A DNA stretch of 64,000 bases from Anaerolineae bacterium (GTDB taxonomy: Bacteria > Chloroflexota > Anaerolineae > UBA1429), in the NCBI GenBank assembly GCA_040772225.1, contig JAXGYO010000002.1, positions 1,725,762-1,789,761 of the forward strand, in the 5' to 3' direction. The notes under the pieces were generated by a model. That model was given only the letters and a program-made list of their open reading frames with translations, did not search any database and was not told the DNA's origin. Shown here one piece after another: positions 61,554 through 64,000 of this stretch (position 1 is the first letter of the stretch; every line of letters starts with the position of its first letter). Made by a program: the position numbers and the translations under genes.

Positions 61554-61596
61554 AGGCTGGGACTCGCGTAGGCGAGTCCCAGCCTCTGTCTCTTTC
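61554..61596. terminator. Bidirectional terminator between convergent genes
   Basis: 14-bp perfect stem AGGCTGGGACTCGC-GTAG-GCGAGTCCCAGCCT followed by CTGTCTCTTTCC. Confidence 0.55.
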
Positions 61597-61624
61597 CAAG
61601 CCTATGGCCGGCTGACGGGAACGT

Positions 61625-62206
61625 CTAGACCAGGTTGACAGCGTCCTCGGGCATCCAGTGCTCATCCTGGTTGGCCCACTTGACGTTGCAGCCGATCGGG
61701 TTGGTGAGCGGCGTGCGGACCGGCCTGCCGGCCGTGACGTCCGCCAGGGCATTGTCCAGATCATTGACAGTCATATGGACAATGTCATCGGGCGCATCCA
61801 CGCCGCGCCCGGTGTAGACCAGCTTGCGCTCGCGGTCGAACACGAAAAAGTGCGGCGTGCGCAACCCACCATAGGCCCGGGCCACGTCCTGCGCCTCGTC
61901 GTACAGGTAGACCCAGGGGAACTTGAACTCTTCCATCCGCGCGATCATGAGATCCCAGCTGTCTTCCGGATGCGCTCCCACCCAGTTGGCATTGATGGCC
62001 ACCATGCGCACGTCCTTGTCAGCGTACTTTTCGATGGTGGCGCGCGTCACCTCGTCCGAACCGGTAACGCAGGGGCAGTGGTTGCAGGTGAATGAGACCA
62101 CCAGCGTCTCGGCATCGGCGAAATCGGCCAGGGTGTAGGTGCGGCCATCGGTGGCCGGCAGGCTAAAGTCGGGGGCTTGCGAGCCCAGGGGCAGGGTAAA
62201 AGGCAT
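61625..62206 (-). CDS. Thioredoxin-fold thiol-disulfide oxidoreductase (AhpC/TSA / redoxin family)
   Basis: CNHCPC redox motif in a thioredoxin-like fold. Start trimmed to MPFTLPLG. Confidence 0.7.
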   Translation of the reverse strand: MPFTLPLGSQAPDFSLPATDGRTYTLADFADAETLVVSFTCNHCPCVTGSDEVTRATIEKYADKDVRMVAINANWVGAHPEDSWDLMIARMEEFKFPWVYLYDEAQDVARAYGGLRTPHFFVFDRERKLVYTGRGVDAPDDIVHMTVNDLDNALADVTAGRPVRTPLTNPIGCNVKWANQDEHWMPEDAVNLV

Positions 62207-62460
62207 TCTTGAACTCCGTTCGCTCGTGACAGATGTATCGCCGGAACAGTTGACGAAATTCATTATACCGGGGTTTGAAGATGCGGCCAAGCGGAGAGGG
62301 GTCGTTGAGGACGAGCAGATCAAGGCAGTATTCTGAACAGCGGTTCAGATGGGAAATGAACCCAGCATCAAGCGCCCTGACATCGTCATTGCATCACAGG
62401 TCGCGAGCATATCTCTTTGCATCGCCGCGCCCAGAATACGCAACTGATCCAGACAAAACA

Positions 62461-62498
62461 ACATGTAGTAGCGTGAACGACATTCCGCTACTACATGT
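62461..62498. terminator. Hairpin downstream of tRNA-Ser (minus-strand terminator candidate)
   Basis: 13-bp perfect stem ACATGTAGTAGCG/CGCTACTACATGT. The minus-strand transcript continues GUUGUUUUG. Confidence 0.45.
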
Positions 62499-62507
62499 TG
62501 TCTACTG

Positions 62508-62594
62508 CGGAGGAGGTGGGATTCGAACCCACGGTGACGCAAGCGCCACAACGGTTTTCGAGACCGCCCCGATCAACCACTCCGGCACCCCTCC
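62508..62594 (-). tRNA. tRNA-Ser (anticodon CGA)
   Basis: Reverse complement GGAGGGGTGCCGGAGTGGTTGATCGGGGCGGTCTCGAAAACCGT..long variable arm..GGTTCGAATCCCACCTCCTCCG. Anticodon loop CTCGAAA. Closely resembles E. coli tRNA-Ser. Confidence 0.85.
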
Positions 62595-62598
62595 CTAT

Positions 62599-63063
62599 TC
62601 AGTTGTTTCGTCCGGTGCCCCTCAGCCCCGCGAAAAAGGCATCCATCAGCGCGCGGACCTCGCCCTCCAGCACACCCGACTGCACCTGCAGCCGGTGGTT
62701 CAGCCAGGGCGACCGCACGATGTCGTACACCGAGCCTGCCGCGCCCGTCTTGGGATCGCGCACGGCATAGACCAGCCGCTCGATCCGGGCGTTCACCATC
62801 GCCCCCGCACACATCGTGCAGGGCTCGAGCGTGCAGTAGAGCGTCGCCCCCGAAAGGCGCCACGCGCCGCGGTTGACCGCGGCCTCGCGAATGGCGACAA
62901 TCTCTGCGTGGGCAGTGGGATCGGCGCTCGATTCCTTGCAGTTGTGGCCCCGCCCGATGATCGCGCCATCGAGCACGACGACCGCGCCGACGGGGATATC
63001 TCCCTCCGCCGCGGCCAGTTCGGCCTCGACGAGCGCCTCCCGCATCCATCGTTCGTGATCCAT
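62599..63063 (-). CDS. tadA: tRNA-specific adenosine deaminase
   Basis: HAEIVAIREA and TLEPCTMCAGAM CDA zinc motifs. Sits next to tRNA-Ser, as is common. Confidence 0.9.
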   Translation of the reverse strand: MDHERWMREALVEAELAAAEGDIPVGAVVVLDGAIIGRGHNCKESSADPTAHAEIVAIREAAVNRGAWRLSGATLYCTLEPCTMCAGAMVNARIERLVYAVRDPKTGAAGSVYDIVRSPWLNHRLQVQSGVLEGEVRALMDAFFAGLRGTGRNN

Positions 63064-63140
63064 TGCCAGCGGGATTATAGCATAGTGAACGAGAGCGGCA
63101 AAAGCAGCGCCCGGCCCAGACTCGCGAAGGTTATGTTCAG

Positions 63141-64000
63141 ATGACCCTCGTCTACATGACGCTGGCCTTTGTCGCGGGCATGGCTCTGGCGGATATTGTT
63201 CCGGTACCCTCCGTGGTGCTTGGTCTGCTAGCCTTCTGGGGTACCTGCATCGCCCTGCTCGAGTGGACGCACCCCGTTCGCCGACGCGCTGCGCTTGTTG
63301 TACTCATAGCGCTGGTCGGGTGCTGGCGTTGGCAGACAGCGCAACCCGTTTCCAGGCCAGGCGATCTGTCCTACTACAATGAGACCGGATCTCTGCGGAT
63401 CGAAGGATTCATCTCCTCCGATCCCGTGTTGCGCGAAACGCGTCAGCAGATCGCGTTCACGGCGGAGACCATCACTGTAGCGGGGGAGACCGTACCCGCG
63501 CGGGGCGCCGTACTGATCACGACCTCGCTCTACCCGAACTACAGCTACGGCCAGAGGCTGGCTGTCACCGGAGAGTTGGAGACGCCCGCCATTCTGGAAG
63601 GCTTTGACTATCGCGAGTACCTGGCCGCTCAGGGTATCGGCTCCACGATGCGTGGCGCCGAGATCGAGATATTGCCCGGCTATGGCGGCAGCCGGTTCCT
63701 GCGCGCACTATCGCGCACTCGCGCGCTCCTGTGCCAGCGCATCGAGCAGATCCTGCCGCACCCTGAGGCGGGCCTCTTGCAGGGTATTCTGCTTGGCATG
63801 GACCACACTCTCCCGGAAGACCTCGCCGAGGCGTTCCGCGTGGCCGGGCTGACGCACATCATCGTGATCTCTGGCTACAATGTCAGCATCCTCCTCCAGG
63901 CATGGTTTGTCGCATCCACCAGACTGATCCATCGGTGGCTCAGCCTGGGCGCTGGCCTGCTTGTGCTTCTGGCGTTTGTGCTGCTTGTGGGCCCATCCCC
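63141..64000 (+). CDS. comEC: ComEC/Rec2-family competence protein (5' partial, continues beyond window)
   Basis: Open frame from ATG 63141 to the window end. DUF4131-like N-terminus with TM helices; IIVISGYNVSILL block typical of ComEC. Confidence 0.75.
   Translation, partial: MTLVYMTLAFVAGMALADIVPVPSVVLGLLAFWGTCIALLEWTHPVRRRAALVVLIALVGCWRWQTAQPVSRPGDLSYYNETGSLRIEGFISSDPVLRETRQQIAFTAETITVAGETVPARGAVLITTSLYPNYSYGQRLAVTGELETPAILEGFDYREYLAAQGIGSTMRGAEIEILPGYGGSRFLRALSRTRALLCQRIEQILPHPEAGLLQGILLGMDHTLPEDLAEAFRVAGLTHIIVISGYNVSILLQAWFVASTRLIHRWLSLGAGLLVLLAFVLLVGPS

Noticed and set aside
62139-62336. 65-aa plus-strand ORF (…[32 protein letters not shown]) upstream of the thioredoxin-like gene
   Set aside because: It overlaps the trimmed start of the minus-strand thioredoxin-fold gene, and has no RBS or recognisable domain.
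62275-63144. 289-aa plus-strand ORF spanning tRNA-Ser and tadA
   Set aside because: It overlaps a tRNA and a strongly supported CDS on the opposite strand, and its translation is low-complexity.

Overview
High-GC (~65% by eye) bacterial chromosomal segment with GGAGG-type ribosome-binding sites. Protein similarities suggest a Chloroflexota-like or other high-GC monoderm organism; this is inference, not computed.

The window is mostly core metabolism and housekeeping genes. Its most prominent block is one long minus-strand nitrogen-assimilation array: split archaeal-type glutamate synthase (GltB2, ferredoxin, FAD/NAD oxidoreductase, GltB1, GltB3), carA, carB, a PucR-family regulator, and glnA. 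Palindromic candidate operators sit in front of glnA. Directly upstream lies a BMP-family nucleoside ABC transporter operon.

Other elements, in order:
- three tRNAs: Val-CAC, Leu-GAG and Ser-CGA next to tadA;
- plsX, rimO, a RodZ-like gene, rlmD, rpsO-pnp with leader hairpins, lepB and mnmG;
- a bshC-bshB-bshA operon carrying an extra two-domain GNAT gene;
- feoABC, comF and comEC;
- cell-envelope genes: an LCP-family protein and a GT39 membrane glycosyltransferase;
- three paralogous clan GH-A TIM-barrel domains in different architectures: fused to an M23 peptidase, fused to an O-antigen-ligase (Wzy_C) membrane domain, and a standalone secreted protein.

One accessory patch (~30.8-35.1 kb) stands out. 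A lower-GC small alarmone hydrolase (HD-domain) gene is inserted at the 3' end of rlmD and is flanked by an imperfect ~55-nt direct repeat of the rlmD 3' end. It is followed by a small membrane protein, a PNPOx-like gene, an AhpD/CMD-like gene, and an IS5-family insertion sequence that splits VOC-family gene fragments. A P-loop (FlaR/adenylate-kinase-like) gene carries a homopolymer frameshift.

No CRISPR array, rRNA or prophage was seen.
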